From a virus (Duplodnaviria > Caudoviricetes), in IMG/VR virus record IMGVR_UViG_3300012041_000063, positions 1 through 24,298 of that record: a stretch of 24,298 nt of DNA, one strand, 5' to 3'. Shown piece by piece: positions 1-8,243 of the stretch (positions are counted from its first letter, which is position 1; each line of letters starts with the position of its first letter). The translations under genes were made by a program, and so were the position numbers. The notes under the pieces were generated by a model. The model saw nothing but the letters and a program-made list of their open reading frames with translations. It made no database searches and was not told the origin of the DNA.

Positions 1-2
1 CG

Positions 3-1418
3 GCACTAGAGCAAGAGGCGGATTTAATACAGGCTAAGCTAGGGCCGGTACAGCCGGTACCAGTACCCGCAACCGGGGTACCGCACTGGAAACACCAAGA
101 GCGGGCGTTTTGGTTCGCGGTAGAACAACCGGCAGTTATGCTAGCTATGGGCATGGGTACTGGAAAGACTAGAGTTATCGTAGACCTATGCCAGTACCGG
201 CAGCACCGTCTAATACTGATAGTATGCAAATTGAAGATACTCAGCGATGGCGTATGGGGTAGGAACTTCGAGCAGTTTTACAAGGGAGGGCCGGTACACG
301 TAGTAGAGCTAACTAAAGGCACTGTGGCTAAGAGGCAGCAACAGGCGCAGGAAGCGTACCAGATGTACCGTAGTACGCACACTGTAGTTATTGTAGTAAA
401 TTATGATGCTATCGTATTTAAGCCGCTCGCATCATGGCTACTGGTACAGGAATGGGATTTAGTGGTAGCCGATGAGAGCCACCATATTAAGGCACCCGGA
501 GGGAAGCGCAGCCGCCTACTACACACGATAGGTAAGCGGAGTAAGTACCGCGCAGCCCTAACAGGTACGCCACTGGCGAATAGCCCGCTAGATGCCTACG
601 CGCAGTACCGATTCCTTGATACTTCGGTATTCGGTAGCTCCTATGTACTCTTTAAGAATCGCTACGCGGTACTAGGAGGATGGGAGAACCGAGAGGTACG
701 CGGCTATAAGAACCTAGAAGATTTTGTAGAGCGGTTTCAGTCTATCGCTTTCGAGGTAGGCAAAGAGGTACTAGACCTACCGCCTCAGCACCATATACAA
801 AGGTACGCGGAGTTAGGGCCAGTAGCTAGAAAACACTATAACGAGCTAGACGAAGATTTTATTACATGGTTGCACGGACAGGACGAGGAACCCGTTACGG
901 CAGCTAACGCACTGGTAAAATTGCTACGTCTGCAACAGCTTACAGGAGGGTGGCTAGACGGGGTTAACATAGATACGAGTAAGGCGGAACTGCTACAGGA
1001 GATACTAGAGGAAATAGATAACCATGAACCCGTAGTAGTGTTCGCCAGATACTTAGCAGATATTAAGACCATACACGAGCGCGGAGAGTTAGCCGGAAGA
1101 ACAGTTTACGAGCTATCCGGCAGCATAGACGAGCTAGAGTTATGGAAATCGAGTACAGGCGGAGAGGTACTAGCGGTACAGGTACAGGCAGGCTCAGAGG
1201 GTATCGAACTTTTTAGAGCTATGTACTGTATTTACTACTCGCTAGGATTCAGCTTAGGCCAGTACGACCAAAGCCTAAGCCGCATCCATAGACCGGGGCA
1301 GACCCGGACGACTATCTACACTCATTTAATTATGAAAGACACGAAAGACGAGCAAGTATATAAGGCTCTATCTGAAAAGAGGGCCGTAGTAGAGGCCATT
1401 ATGAAAGGGGAAGTATGA
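3..1418 (+). CDS. SNF2-family (SF2) helicase, 5'-truncated
   Basis: Frame is open from position 3 (ALEQEADL...HWKHQERA Q-motif), so the start lies upstream of the window rather than at 138. Motifs: GMGTGKT, DESHHIK, LTGTP, GSEGIEL, QSLSRIHRPGQ. Confidence 0.93.
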   Translation, partial: ALEQEADLIQAKLGPVQPVPVPATGVPHWKHQERAFWFAVEQPAVMLAMGMGTGKTRVIVDLCQYRQHRLILIVCKLKILSDGVWGRNFEQFYKGGPVHVVELTKGTVAKRQQQAQEAYQMYRSTHTVVIVVNYDAIVFKPLASWLLVQEWDLVVADESHHIKAPGGKRSRLLHTIGKRSKYRAALTGTPLANSPLDAYAQYRFLDTSVFGSSYVLFKNRYAVLGGWENREVRGYKNLEDFVERFQSIAFEVGKEVLDLPPQHHIQRYAELGPVARKHYNELDEDFITWLHGQDEEPVTAANALVKLLRLQQLTGGWLDGVNIDTSKAELLQEILEEIDNHEPVVVFARYLADIKTIHERGELAGRTVYELSGSIDELELWKSSTGGEVLAVQVQAGSEGIELFRAMYCIYYSLGFSLGQYDQSLSRIHRPGQTRTTIYTHLIMKDTKDEQVYKALSEKRAVVEAIMKGEV

Positions 1419-1816
1419 CGAATACAGAGTACAGGCACGTACAACCAGATAACCCTAACTGCCCGGTAAGAGGGGGAGGGCCGCACAGCTTTAGACCTAG
1501 AGCAACGGTACGAGAGCCGATAGAGGGAGGGAAGCGGCAAATTGAATCGGTAGTGCAATACTACTGTACGTACTGTTTAAGCGTAGTAGCTATGGAGCTA
1601 CCAGAATCAGCAGAGGAGCAAGCACGAATACCGCTAAATACAGACCTAGCAGGCGTGCAGCAGATGGTAGACTCGGTACGGAGCTTCCTAGAGGCATCGG
1701 ACGAGATAGCAGCTATGCCGCGAGACGTGGAGCTACGCGCGGTAACACAAGCTAAAGAGCGACAAGCTACCGCAAAACTACGGATGGCTAGCCTAATCGG
1801 ATACCCTAGTAAATAA
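1415..1816 (+). CDS. Hypothetical protein with possible N-terminal Zn finger (C-x7-H...CxxC)
   Basis: ATGA overlap with the helicase stop, upstream AAGGGG, phage-like codon usage. Confidence 0.7.
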   Translation: MTNTEYRHVQPDNPNCPVRGGGPHSFRPRATVREPIEGGKRQIESVVQYYCTYCLSVVAMELPESAEEQARIPLNTDLAGVQQMVDSVRSFLEASDEIAAMPRDVELRAVTQAKERQATAKLRMASLIGYPSK

Positions 1817-2085
1817 TGACAGGAGATGAACAAATGAGTATGGTACTTACACTACTTGAGGAGTACCGCCTAGCGGTAGAACAGAATCCGCTACGGGTAT
1901 GGAGACGCATTAACATTATCAGCGCGGCAGAGTGCGCGAACATTCTACGCACTACGCCTAGTACGCTTATGAAGTGGGAAGGAGGTACACTACCGAACAA
2001 TGAAGCTATGAGGCGTATAGCCGCTCTAACGCAGAATCCTAATATTGCGGCAGAGTGGGAGGAGTGGGAAAGGAATCTACCCTAG
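1816..2085 (+). CDS. XRE/Cro-like helix-turn-helix DNA-binding protein
   Basis: ISAAECANILRTTPSTLMKWEGG..PN..MRRIA is a typical HTH_XRE pattern. Start may be an ATG near 1834 after AGGAG. Confidence 0.85.
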   Translation: MTGDEQMSMVLTLLEEYRLAVEQNPLRVWRRINIISAAECANILRTTPSTLMKWEGGTLPNNEAMRRIAALTQNPNIAAEWEEWERNLP

Positions 2086-2507
2086 TGAGTTATCAAGAAG
2101 AAATAGTACGATTCGTAGACCTAGTAGAAACGAAGAAACTACTAGAGGCGCAAGTTAAGGACATAGACAAGGAGCTAAAGCCACTGGAAGAAAGCCTGTT
2201 AGAGCATTTTATAGAGATGGGGCAACAGTCTACTAAGGTGAACGGTAGGACGGTCTACCTACACCGCCAATGGTGGACGGGGCCGATAAAGGACGCTAAC
2301 GGGGATTCAGATTACGATACGTCTACTCGCGCCTTGATTGCGGCGGGTTTGGGGCGCATGGTGCAGACCCGTTTCAACTCGCAGACCGTATCCGCATGGG
2401 TACGAGAATTGCCAACAGACGAGCTAGGCGTCCCAATACTGCCACCGGAGGTAGAAGGAAAACTACTAGTACAGAAGACGGTCGCACTGCGAACACGCAG
2501 TAGCTAA
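2085..2507 (+). CDS. Conserved phage replication-module protein (N-terminal coiled coil; resembles the Pam3 gp33-like family)
   Basis: GTG start in a TAGTG overlap with AGGA upstream. Coiled coil followed by a C-terminal FNSQTVSAWVRE motif typical of proteins adjacent to SNF2 helicases. Family name is from recall. Confidence 0.65.
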   Translation: MSYQEEIVRFVDLVETKKLLEAQVKDIDKELKPLEESLLEHFIEMGQQSTKVNGRTVYLHRQWWTGPIKDANGDSDYDTSTRALIAAGLGRMVQTRFNSQTVSAWVRELPTDELGVPILPPEVEGKLLVQKTVALRTRSS

Positions 2508-2526
2508 CAAAAGGGGTATACACACA

Positions 2527-3270
2527 ATGGCAACTAAGGATAAAGAACTAACGACACCCGAGAGCGAAGGGTACCTAGTTACGCTAGGCGACACAGACGC
2601 AGTTAGGGAACTAATAGATGATAACCTAGGCGGAGACTCTATTGATAGATTCTCCCTTACACGTATCAAGATTCCTACAGGCGGTAACATCGCATGGACG
2701 GTACCCCGGTTAACCGGGCCAGAACCGGAGAAAGAGATAGCAGGAGTTATCCCCTACTGGCGTACTACTCGCGCCTACTGGAAAACGCCATACGGAGAAG
2801 GGGAGACAGGCGACGCACCGCCGGATTGTAGCTCGCAAGATGGGCACATAGGAGAGGGAGACCCCGGAGGAGAATGTAACGTATGCCCGCTAAACCAGTG
2901 GGATAGCGACCCCAAAGAGACGGGCGGCAAGGCATGTAAGGAGATACGTAGTATTTTCCTACTGGAAGAAACCGCGCTACTGCCGTTCTATCTTCCTATC
3001 CCTCCTACGAGCATTCCACTAGTCAAAGCCTATTTTATGAACCTAGCGAGCAACGGTATCAACTACTGGCGCATCGTTACTGCGTTCACACTAGAGGCGA
3101 CGAAGAACAAAACAGGGATTGTATACTCGCGAGCGGTACCGCGATTTGTGCGGCACCTATCAGACGAGGAAGTAGCCGTAGTAATGAGCTACCGAAACCA
3201 GATTAGGCCAGCACTGGAAGCGCAGATACAGGTAGTGCGCTCAGAAGTAGATAGCCCGGAACTGTCCTAG
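2527..3270 (+). CDS. Putative ssDNA-binding/annealing replication protein with four-Cys motif
   Basis: RIKIPTGG, RAYW, PPDCSSQDG, CNVCP.NQW.S, GKACKE, IPPTS motifs of a widespread phage family. AAGGGG RBS. The function is inferred. Confidence 0.65.
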   Translation: MATKDKELTTPESEGYLVTLGDTDAVRELIDDNLGGDSIDRFSLTRIKIPTGGNIAWTVPRLTGPEPEKEIAGVIPYWRTTRAYWKTPYGEGETGDAPPDCSSQDGHIGEGDPGGECNVCPLNQWDSDPKETGGKACKEIRSIFLLEETALLPFYLPIPPTSIPLVKAYFMNLASNGINYWRIVTAFTLEATKNKTGIVYSRAVPRFVRHLSDEEVAVVMSYRNQIRPALEAQIQVVRSEVDSPELS

Positions 3271-3278
3271 TTACTAAT

Positions 3279-3320
3279 ACGAAAGTAGGCCGCTACCTTT
3301 TGGGTACGGCCTACTTTCGT
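3279..3320. terminator. Long hairpin, probable intrinsic (possibly bidirectional) terminator
   Basis: Perfect 14-bp inverted repeat ACGAAAGTAGGCCG (3279-3292) / CGGCCTACTTTCGT (3307-3320), extended by TACC/GGTA, just after a stop codon. Confidence 0.75.
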
Positions 3321-3360
3321 TACCCGCCGCTCAGCCCCTGATTAGAAGGAAGAACGACCG

Positions 3361-4287
3361 ATGCCAATTTACCCGTTTGATACCGAACACGCAACAGGCT
3401 ACGTACAGGCGTTGTGGCCGGGTGGCCTACCCGAGCATACGCAGGCGGTACTATTCGCGCTACCAGAGCGTAGCGTATGGAGCTACCACGATTCCGAAGT
3501 AATCCTACGCGCACTACCGAATATCTACGGTAGCGCAGATATGTATATACATATGGGAGTAGTGAGTGATAGCAAGAAGTACGCGAGAAACACGCGGCCT
3601 ACTATCTCGGATATTCTCTACATTCCGGCAGTATGGGTAGACCTAGACCCCAAAGGCATAAGCAAAGAGGAGCTACGAGGGTGGCTAGATGGGCTAGCGT
3701 TTACCCCGTCTATGCTAGTCGATACAGGTAACGGCTATCACGCCTACTGGTTACTTGATAAGCCACTATACGCAGCGGCAGCGGGGCCACTGGTACACGG
3801 TTTCCAGAACTGGATACAGGGTCAAGCACACTGGCACATAGATAGCACGTTTGACCTTGCGAGAGTAATGCGTATCCCCGGTACATGGAACTACAAAGAC
3901 CCGCAAAACCCTAAGCGAGTGGAGCTAGTCTACGCCAACACAAGTAGACGGTATGACCCTAGCGAGTTTCCTATAGTAGAGGTACAAGACGTACCAGTAA
4001 CTACGCGCGTCCTACCAGACGTTATACCCGAGGGCGGGCTACTGGATAGCTCAGGTAGGGACGATACGCTATTTAAGATGCTATGCGCCTTGCGCCGGTT
4101 TGGGTGTACCGAGGGTATGCTAATGACGGTGGCTACCGCGATAAACGAAAAGCACATGGAGCCACCGCTAGCCGATAGAGTAGTAAAGCGTAAAGTTTAC
4201 TCTGCAATGAAGTATAAGCCTACGACGCTGGTAGAGACAGAACTAGAAAGAGTATCAAATGAACGAGCCTTACGGGACTACGTTTAA
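3361..4287 (+). CDS. RepB'-like (AEP superfamily) DNA primase with C-terminal PriCT-type helical domain
   Basis: VWVDLD, PSMLVDTGNGYHAYWLL and D.ARVMRIPGT.NYK catalytic motifs. C-terminal GRDDTLF..LC.LRR.G...PPL..RVV pattern. No fused helicase P-loop. Confidence 0.88.
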   Translation: MPIYPFDTEHATGYVQALWPGGLPEHTQAVLFALPERSVWSYHDSEVILRALPNIYGSADMYIHMGVVSDSKKYARNTRPTISDILYIPAVWVDLDPKGISKEELRGWLDGLAFTPSMLVDTGNGYHAYWLLDKPLYAAAAGPLVHGFQNWIQGQAHWHIDSTFDLARVMRIPGTWNYKDPQNPKRVELVYANTSRRYDPSEFPIVEVQDVPVTTRVLPDVIPEGGLLDSSGRDDTLFKMLCALRRFGCTEGMLMTVATAINEKHMEPPLADRVVKRKVYSAMKYKPTTLVETELERVSNERALRDYV

Positions 4288-5116
4288 CGTACAAGAGCAA
4301 GATTACTACAAAGAGCTAGTAGATGATATAACAAATAATAGTACACTTTCCGCTAATGCTAAAGCGATAGTGCTAGGATGGTTAGCTAATATTCGAGCGG
4401 CCAGTATGCAGCGCATCCGCAAGGCAGTAGTATGGGAGGTAGTATTTTACTCGAAAGCATACGAGGCGGAAGTATCGTTAACGTTCGAGAAGCTAGGCGA
4501 CATACATAGCCAGAGGCTCTTTAATCAGCGCCTATGGAGCGTTAGCAAGGGGTTCAAACTACCGAAGATGAGTGCGGGGGAGTGGGACGCATTGCTAAGA
4601 TTTCTAGGTAGACTCTTTGGAGATAATGTAGTAACGGTAGAGACCGAGGCAGAATGGCTAGATGGCATATTCAATTCGTGGATTACGGGCCACCATGAAC
4701 CTAGTATACGTTGGTGTAAGGAGGATGCTAGCCACCTAGCTAACGTTCTAGCGAGTGTTACTACAATATCAGGTACTATGGGTAAGTCGATAACGGGTAG
4801 CCGGTACGGTATAGAGAACGTCGCATGTATCGAGTACAAAGGATACTACCATATCGTTCTATCGAACTGGATACGCGAGCTACAGAGAAACGCTATACAA
4901 TTCACAGAGACCGAGCTAAAAGCGGCACTACATAATACAGGATGGGAGTCTAAGTATCAGCTAGCAGCCCGGAAGAATGACGAGATGGGGGTTATTAACA
5001 AAAGGGTCTGGCGTAGCCCTATCGGATTCGAGTTACCAGCTATGCCCGGAGAGCCAGACGGGGCCGCGAGTGCTAACAGTGCTAACCAGAGGCATATTCG
5101 CCTAGTAGAGAGGTAG
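4259..5116 (+). CDS. Hypothetical protein coupled to primase (candidate origin-binding protein)
   Basis: 285-aa ORF overlapping the primase 3' end. No recognisable catalytic motif. Its 3' end runs into the repeat array. Confidence 0.75.
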   Translation: MNEPYGTTFNVQEQDYYKELVDDITNNSTLSANAKAIVLGWLANIRAASMQRIRKAVVWEVVFYSKAYEAEVSLTFEKLGDIHSQRLFNQRLWSVSKGFKLPKMSAGEWDALLRFLGRLFGDNVVTVETEAEWLDGIFNSWITGHHEPSIRWCKEDASHLANVLASVTTISGTMGKSITGSRYGIENVACIEYKGYYHIVLSNWIRELQRNAIQFTETELKAALHNTGWESKYQLAARKNDEMGVINKRVWRSPIGFELPAMPGEPDGAASANSANQRHIRLVER

Positions 5117-5331
5117 TGCTAACAAATTAGGAGTGGTTAGCACTGTTAGCACTGTTAGCACTGTTTCTTTTTTTTTCAGGATTTTAGACCGGGGGAGGAA
5201 AATCACATGCGAGGTACCGGAGTGCGTTTTTCAAAAAAAGTGCTAACGTGCTAACAGAGGCGCTTTCAGATACGAAAATAGGTAAAGATGGAGTGATAAC
5301 AGGATGATAACTAGGGCTAACAAGTGATAAC
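5069..5331. repeat. Array of about 12 AGTGCTAAC-type 9-mers in both orientations with T and A tracts; probable replication origin
   Basis: AGTGCTAAC at 5069, 5078, 5115, 5239. GTGCTAAC at 5248. Reverse GTTAGCACT in tandem at 5136, 5145, 5154. Variants AGTGATAAC at 5292 and 5323, GATGATAAC at 5303, GGGCTAAC at 5314. T9 at 5168-5176 and A7 at 5233-5239. Lies between primase and helicase genes. Confidence 0.85.
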
Positions 5332-5394
5332 ACGTATCGTATGCGAGCAATCGCTACTAGACAATGGTACTAGAACTACAAGGGGTAACTACAC

Positions 5395-7065
5395 ATGGTA
5401 GGTATTAGTAACTGTTTCGCCATTACTGGTACAGCGGGAGCAGGTAAGACAACGGCCATACTAGCCACTATCGAGGCAGCACTAGAAACTAGGGATGAGG
5501 AAGAAATCTACCTAGTAGGTCTAACACATGCGACAAAGAACGCAGCACTAGCGAGAGGTATAGAGCTACCAGAGGGTAATATTACTACGATGGATAGTCT
5601 ATGCTTTAGGCTCTATAAGGAGTGGAAGGGAGTATACCCGGCACTATTCCACCCATACACCGGGCAAGGAGTAAGTAGGTTCAAATACACTAAGGAGAGT
5701 AGAGATAGGATTACTAGCTTTAACGAGGAAATGGAGTGGGAGCTATTTACAGACAACGCTAGGCCACAGGAGGTACGAGAGAGCGCAGCTACGCAGTATT
5801 GGATGGTATACTCACTACTACGCCAGAGACGAGTACCGAGGGACGAATGGGATAGAGAGGTAGGCTACAAAGGTTTATCTAGTAATCTCTTTAGTAACTT
5901 TGTTAGTGACTATGAGGAGTGGAGCAAGTACAGGGAGGTACTAGACTTTACCGGAGTCAAAGAGGCGATACTAGCAAGCGGTACCATGCTACCCAAACTA
6001 GCGAGTATAGTATTCCTAGACGAAGCGCAAGACAATAACGCACTAGAGCTAAGCCTACTACATATGTGGGGGAAAGAACTGTACGAGTATTGGCTAGCGG
6101 GAGACCCTAACCAAGCTATATACGAGTCTATGAGAGGCGCAGTAGGGCCAGACTTCCTTTATGGAGTGCCACCCGAGAACGAATGGAAGCTACCCAAGTC
6201 TAATAGATGCGCTAGTAACATACTAGCATATGGCTTTGAACTAACGCAGAGGGCCAGTGCCTACCATGACTACGGGGAGGTAGAGCCACGAGAGGCAGGC
6301 GGTACTATATCGTTTATTGACCTTACGTTAGACGGGCCAGCGGAAATAGCCGAATATCTCGCGCAGGAAACAAAGAATGGAGATAAGGTAATAGGCGTAC
6401 TCGCGTCTTATGACGGAAATAGAGGAAACCTAGAAGCAATCACAGAAGAACTAGATAATATAGGAGTAATGTACCATAACCCTTACAGCGAGGATTACAA
6501 GTGGCGACAGTTTGACACTAGGACGCTACGGAGAATTAAGGCGTTTCTTAAGCGACCGTGGACAATCGAGAACGTACTAGATTGGGCAGAGTTAGTAGGT
6601 ACTAGCTTAGTGTTTAATCATGGTGTACTAGGTAAGCTAGAGGCTAAGTACAAGTTAAGGACAGTGGTAACCGAGGAAATAGCCACCTACGCATTTAAGG
6701 AAGGCGCGGAGGTACTTAACGCGGATTTATCATGGATACAAGGGAAGCAAGGAAAGAGCAGTAGCGGCACTAAGTCACTAGGCGCAGCAAAGAACATTAT
6801 TAAGCGGTACGGAGGGATGGTAGAAGCACTAGACGCAGAGCCATGTATCATCGTAGGAACCGTACACAGTGTTAAAGGAGGAGAGATGGATAGCGTACTA
6901 GTATTCCCTGATATATCGTACATGAGGAAAGCCGAAGGCGGCAGCGTATCGGACGATGAAGTCCACAGGCTAATGTACGTCGCGGTAACCAGAGCACGAA
7001 AGGAGGTACTACTAGCTAAGCCAATGGGTAGGAGCCTAAGAGACAGGTTGTATTATGACTGGTAA
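5395..7065 (+). CDS. UvrD/Rep-like superfamily 1 DNA helicase
   Basis: GTAGAGKTT, DEAQD, GDPNQAIY, SNRC, TVHSVKGGEMDSV, RLMYVAVTRARK: all SF1A motifs in order. Confidence 0.93.
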   Translation: MVGISNCFAITGTAGAGKTTAILATIEAALETRDEEEIYLVGLTHATKNAALARGIELPEGNITTMDSLCFRLYKEWKGVYPALFHPYTGQGVSRFKYTKESRDRITSFNEEMEWELFTDNARPQEVRESAATQYWMVYSLLRQRRVPRDEWDREVGYKGLSSNLFSNFVSDYEEWSKYREVLDFTGVKEAILASGTMLPKLASIVFLDEAQDNNALELSLLHMWGKELYEYWLAGDPNQAIYESMRGAVGPDFLYGVPPENEWKLPKSNRCASNILAYGFELTQRASAYHDYGEVEPREAGGTISFIDLTLDGPAEIAEYLAQETKNGDKVIGVLASYDGNRGNLEAITEELDNIGVMYHNPYSEDYKWRQFDTRTLRRIKAFLKRPWTIENVLDWAELVGTSLVFNHGVLGKLEAKYKLRTVVTEEIATYAFKEGAEVLNADLSWIQGKQGKSSSGTKSLGAAKNIIKRYGGMVEALDAEPCIIVGTVHSVKGGEMDSVLVFPDISYMRKAEGGSVSDDEVHRLMYVAVTRARKEVLLAKPMGRSLRDRLYYDW

Positions 7066-7249
7066 TAAATCTACGAAAACGCCGCGAGCACACGTTACTA
7101 AGCTAGTAGAATACTACCGTACGCTATATAGCGAACTTCCAACACTACCGGATGAAACGGTAGGCCAGCTAATGAGGGATTATCAGCGGTGGCTATTATC
7201 CAATGAAACGGTATCGGATACTCTACCATCGGCCGCAAGGGAAATATAA
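7055..7249 (+). CDS. Hypothetical protein (64 aa)
   Basis: Overlaps the helicase stop and fills the operon on the coding strand. Confidence 0.55.
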   Translation: MTGNKSTKTPRAHVTKLVEYYRTLYSELPTLPDETVGQLMRDYQRWLLSNETVSDTLPSAAREI

Positions 7250-7361
7250 GGCTTGTGCTACTGTTGGTAGTTTCACTATTGAATCAGTAGTGCAACACGG
7301 ACAGGTACTATGCCCTACCTGTAATCAACTAGTGGAAGTAATAGAGGATGGCGTAATATGA
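7203..7361 (+). CDS. Small Zn-ribbon-like protein (52 aa; not in ORF track)
   Basis: MKRYRILYHRPQGKYKACATVGSFTIESVVQHGQVLCPTCNQLVEVIEDGVI*. Ends in an ATGA overlap with the next gene and fills an apparent gap. Confidence 0.6.
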   Translation: MKRYRILYHRPQGKYKACATVGSFTIESVVQHGQVLCPTCNQLVEVIEDGVI

Positions 7362-7579
7362 GTTTGGTAGAAGTAGCGCGGAAATTAGGACTTGTAGAGA
7401 TTCAGCGCGAACCCGGTACGCGAGTCTGCTACAGATGCCGAGAGCCAATCGAGAAAGGGGAACGCTACCGAGCCGTAGCCGTCCGGGGCGCGGGGAGATT
7501 TGCCCATACATACCAATGTACGAGGGAGCTAGAAGAATGGATACATGCGAAAGATGCGGTAGACCCGCAAGACGACTAA
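7358..7579 (+). CDS. Small Zn-finger protein (CxxC...HxxxC)
   Basis: CYRCREPIEKGERY...HTYQC resembles PARP-type/treble-clef fingers. GAGG RBS. Confidence 0.7.
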   Translation: MSLVEVARKLGLVEIQREPGTRVCYRCREPIEKGERYRAVAVRGAGRFAHTYQCTRELEEWIHAKDAVDPQDD

Positions 7580-7731
7580 AGAACTATCTAGTAGGCGCGA
7601 GACTACTACGATACTGTACTACGTGCTATGTTTACGTTACTAGGCACTATAGGCCGATAGGCGCAAACGAGAGTAATAAGATAACTACAGAGAAAGAGGG
7701 AACCTACTACCAGTATGAACTTCCACAATAG
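7537..7731 (+). CDS. Small Zn-finger protein (CxxC...CxxC), 64 aa
   Basis: Likely start ATG 7537 after GGGAG. MDTCERCG...YCTTC. Confidence 0.6.
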   Translation: MDTCERCGRPARRLKNYLVGARLLRYCTTCYVYVTRHYRPIGANESNKITTEKEGTYYQYELPQ

Positions 7732-7927
7732 CCCGTACTGCGTTTGCGGGTGTCCTAAGCGGTGGCACATGCGGCAGCAAATGGCCGGTACGTACTGTTA
7801 CTGGTGCTGGTGCAAAGAGTACAGAAAGGCGCAATATGGCAAGCGAGCAAACAATACAGAAATCAGTACAGGCACTATTTACACAGCTACGAGCGGACGG
7901 GCTACCGATATGGTGGCTCAAGGTTAG
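7715..7927 (+). CDS. Small Cys/His-rich protein
   Basis: CVCGCPKRWH...CYWCWCKEY pattern common in phage microproteins. Its 3' part overlaps the VRR-NUC gene. Confidence 0.55.
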   Translation: MNFHNSPYCVCGCPKRWHMRQQMAGTYCYWCWCKEYRKAQYGKRANNTEISTGTIYTATSGRATDMVAQG

Positions 7928-8228
7928 CGGTAATCCATTCCAGAGGCGCGGGGTACCAGACCTAATAATAAACTTAGGAGGTAGATTCTACGCTATTGAG
8001 CTAAAGACAGAAACAGGGGTACTATCAAAGTCGCAAACATTCGAGATAAACGCTATAACGCTCGCACACGGAATAGTAGCAGTGTGTACTACTAAGGCTC
8101 AGGTTGCCGATTTCCTGATGGCCGTCTCTGCGACGCGGAACGGGGGAGGGTACCTAGCCCGCTGGCCGCGTGCCTTAGACCGTCTGTTGAGCGTTACAAA
8201 GGGTCTGGATGCACATATTGACCCTTGA
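7836..8228 (+). CDS. VRR-NUC domain nuclease (Holliday junction resolvase-like)
   Basis: SEQTIQ, GVPDLI, AIELKT.TG.LS..Q PD-(D/E)xK signature. Confidence 0.92.
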   Translation: MASEQTIQKSVQALFTQLRADGLPIWWLKVSGNPFQRRGVPDLIINLGGRFYAIELKTETGVLSKSQTFEINAITLAHGIVAVCTTKAQVADFLMAVSATRNGGGYLARWPRALDRLLSVTKGLDAHIDP

Positions 8229-8243
8229 TGCTACCGTGCCCGC
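8229..8243 (+). promoter_or_regulatory. Putative extended -10 promoter (TG-C-TACCGT) for a leaderless transcript
   Basis: TAnnnT at 8232-8237 with TG at 8229, 6 nt before ATG 8244. No SD upstream. Confidence 0.45.

Noticed and set aside
138-140. ATG 138 as helicase start
   Set aside because: The frame is open to the window edge and the Q-motif lies upstream of this ATG.
4770-4800. SGTMGKS in the orphan as a Walker A motif
   Set aside because: It does not fit GxxxxGK[ST] spacing and no convincing Walker B follows.
5069-5331. CRISPR array or canonical CIRCE operator
   Set aside because: Units are 9 bp, in mixed orientation and without regular unique spacers. No half-site pair has the 9-bp CIRCE spacing.
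7152-7213. 11-bp direct repeat ATGAAACGGTA
   Set aside because: Only two copies within coding sequence, compatible with chance or a small local duplication.
7435-7965. Track ORF 7762-7965 and the 5' extension 7435-7536
   Set aside because: They overlap better-supported ORFs in other frames. A start with an RBS exists at 7537.
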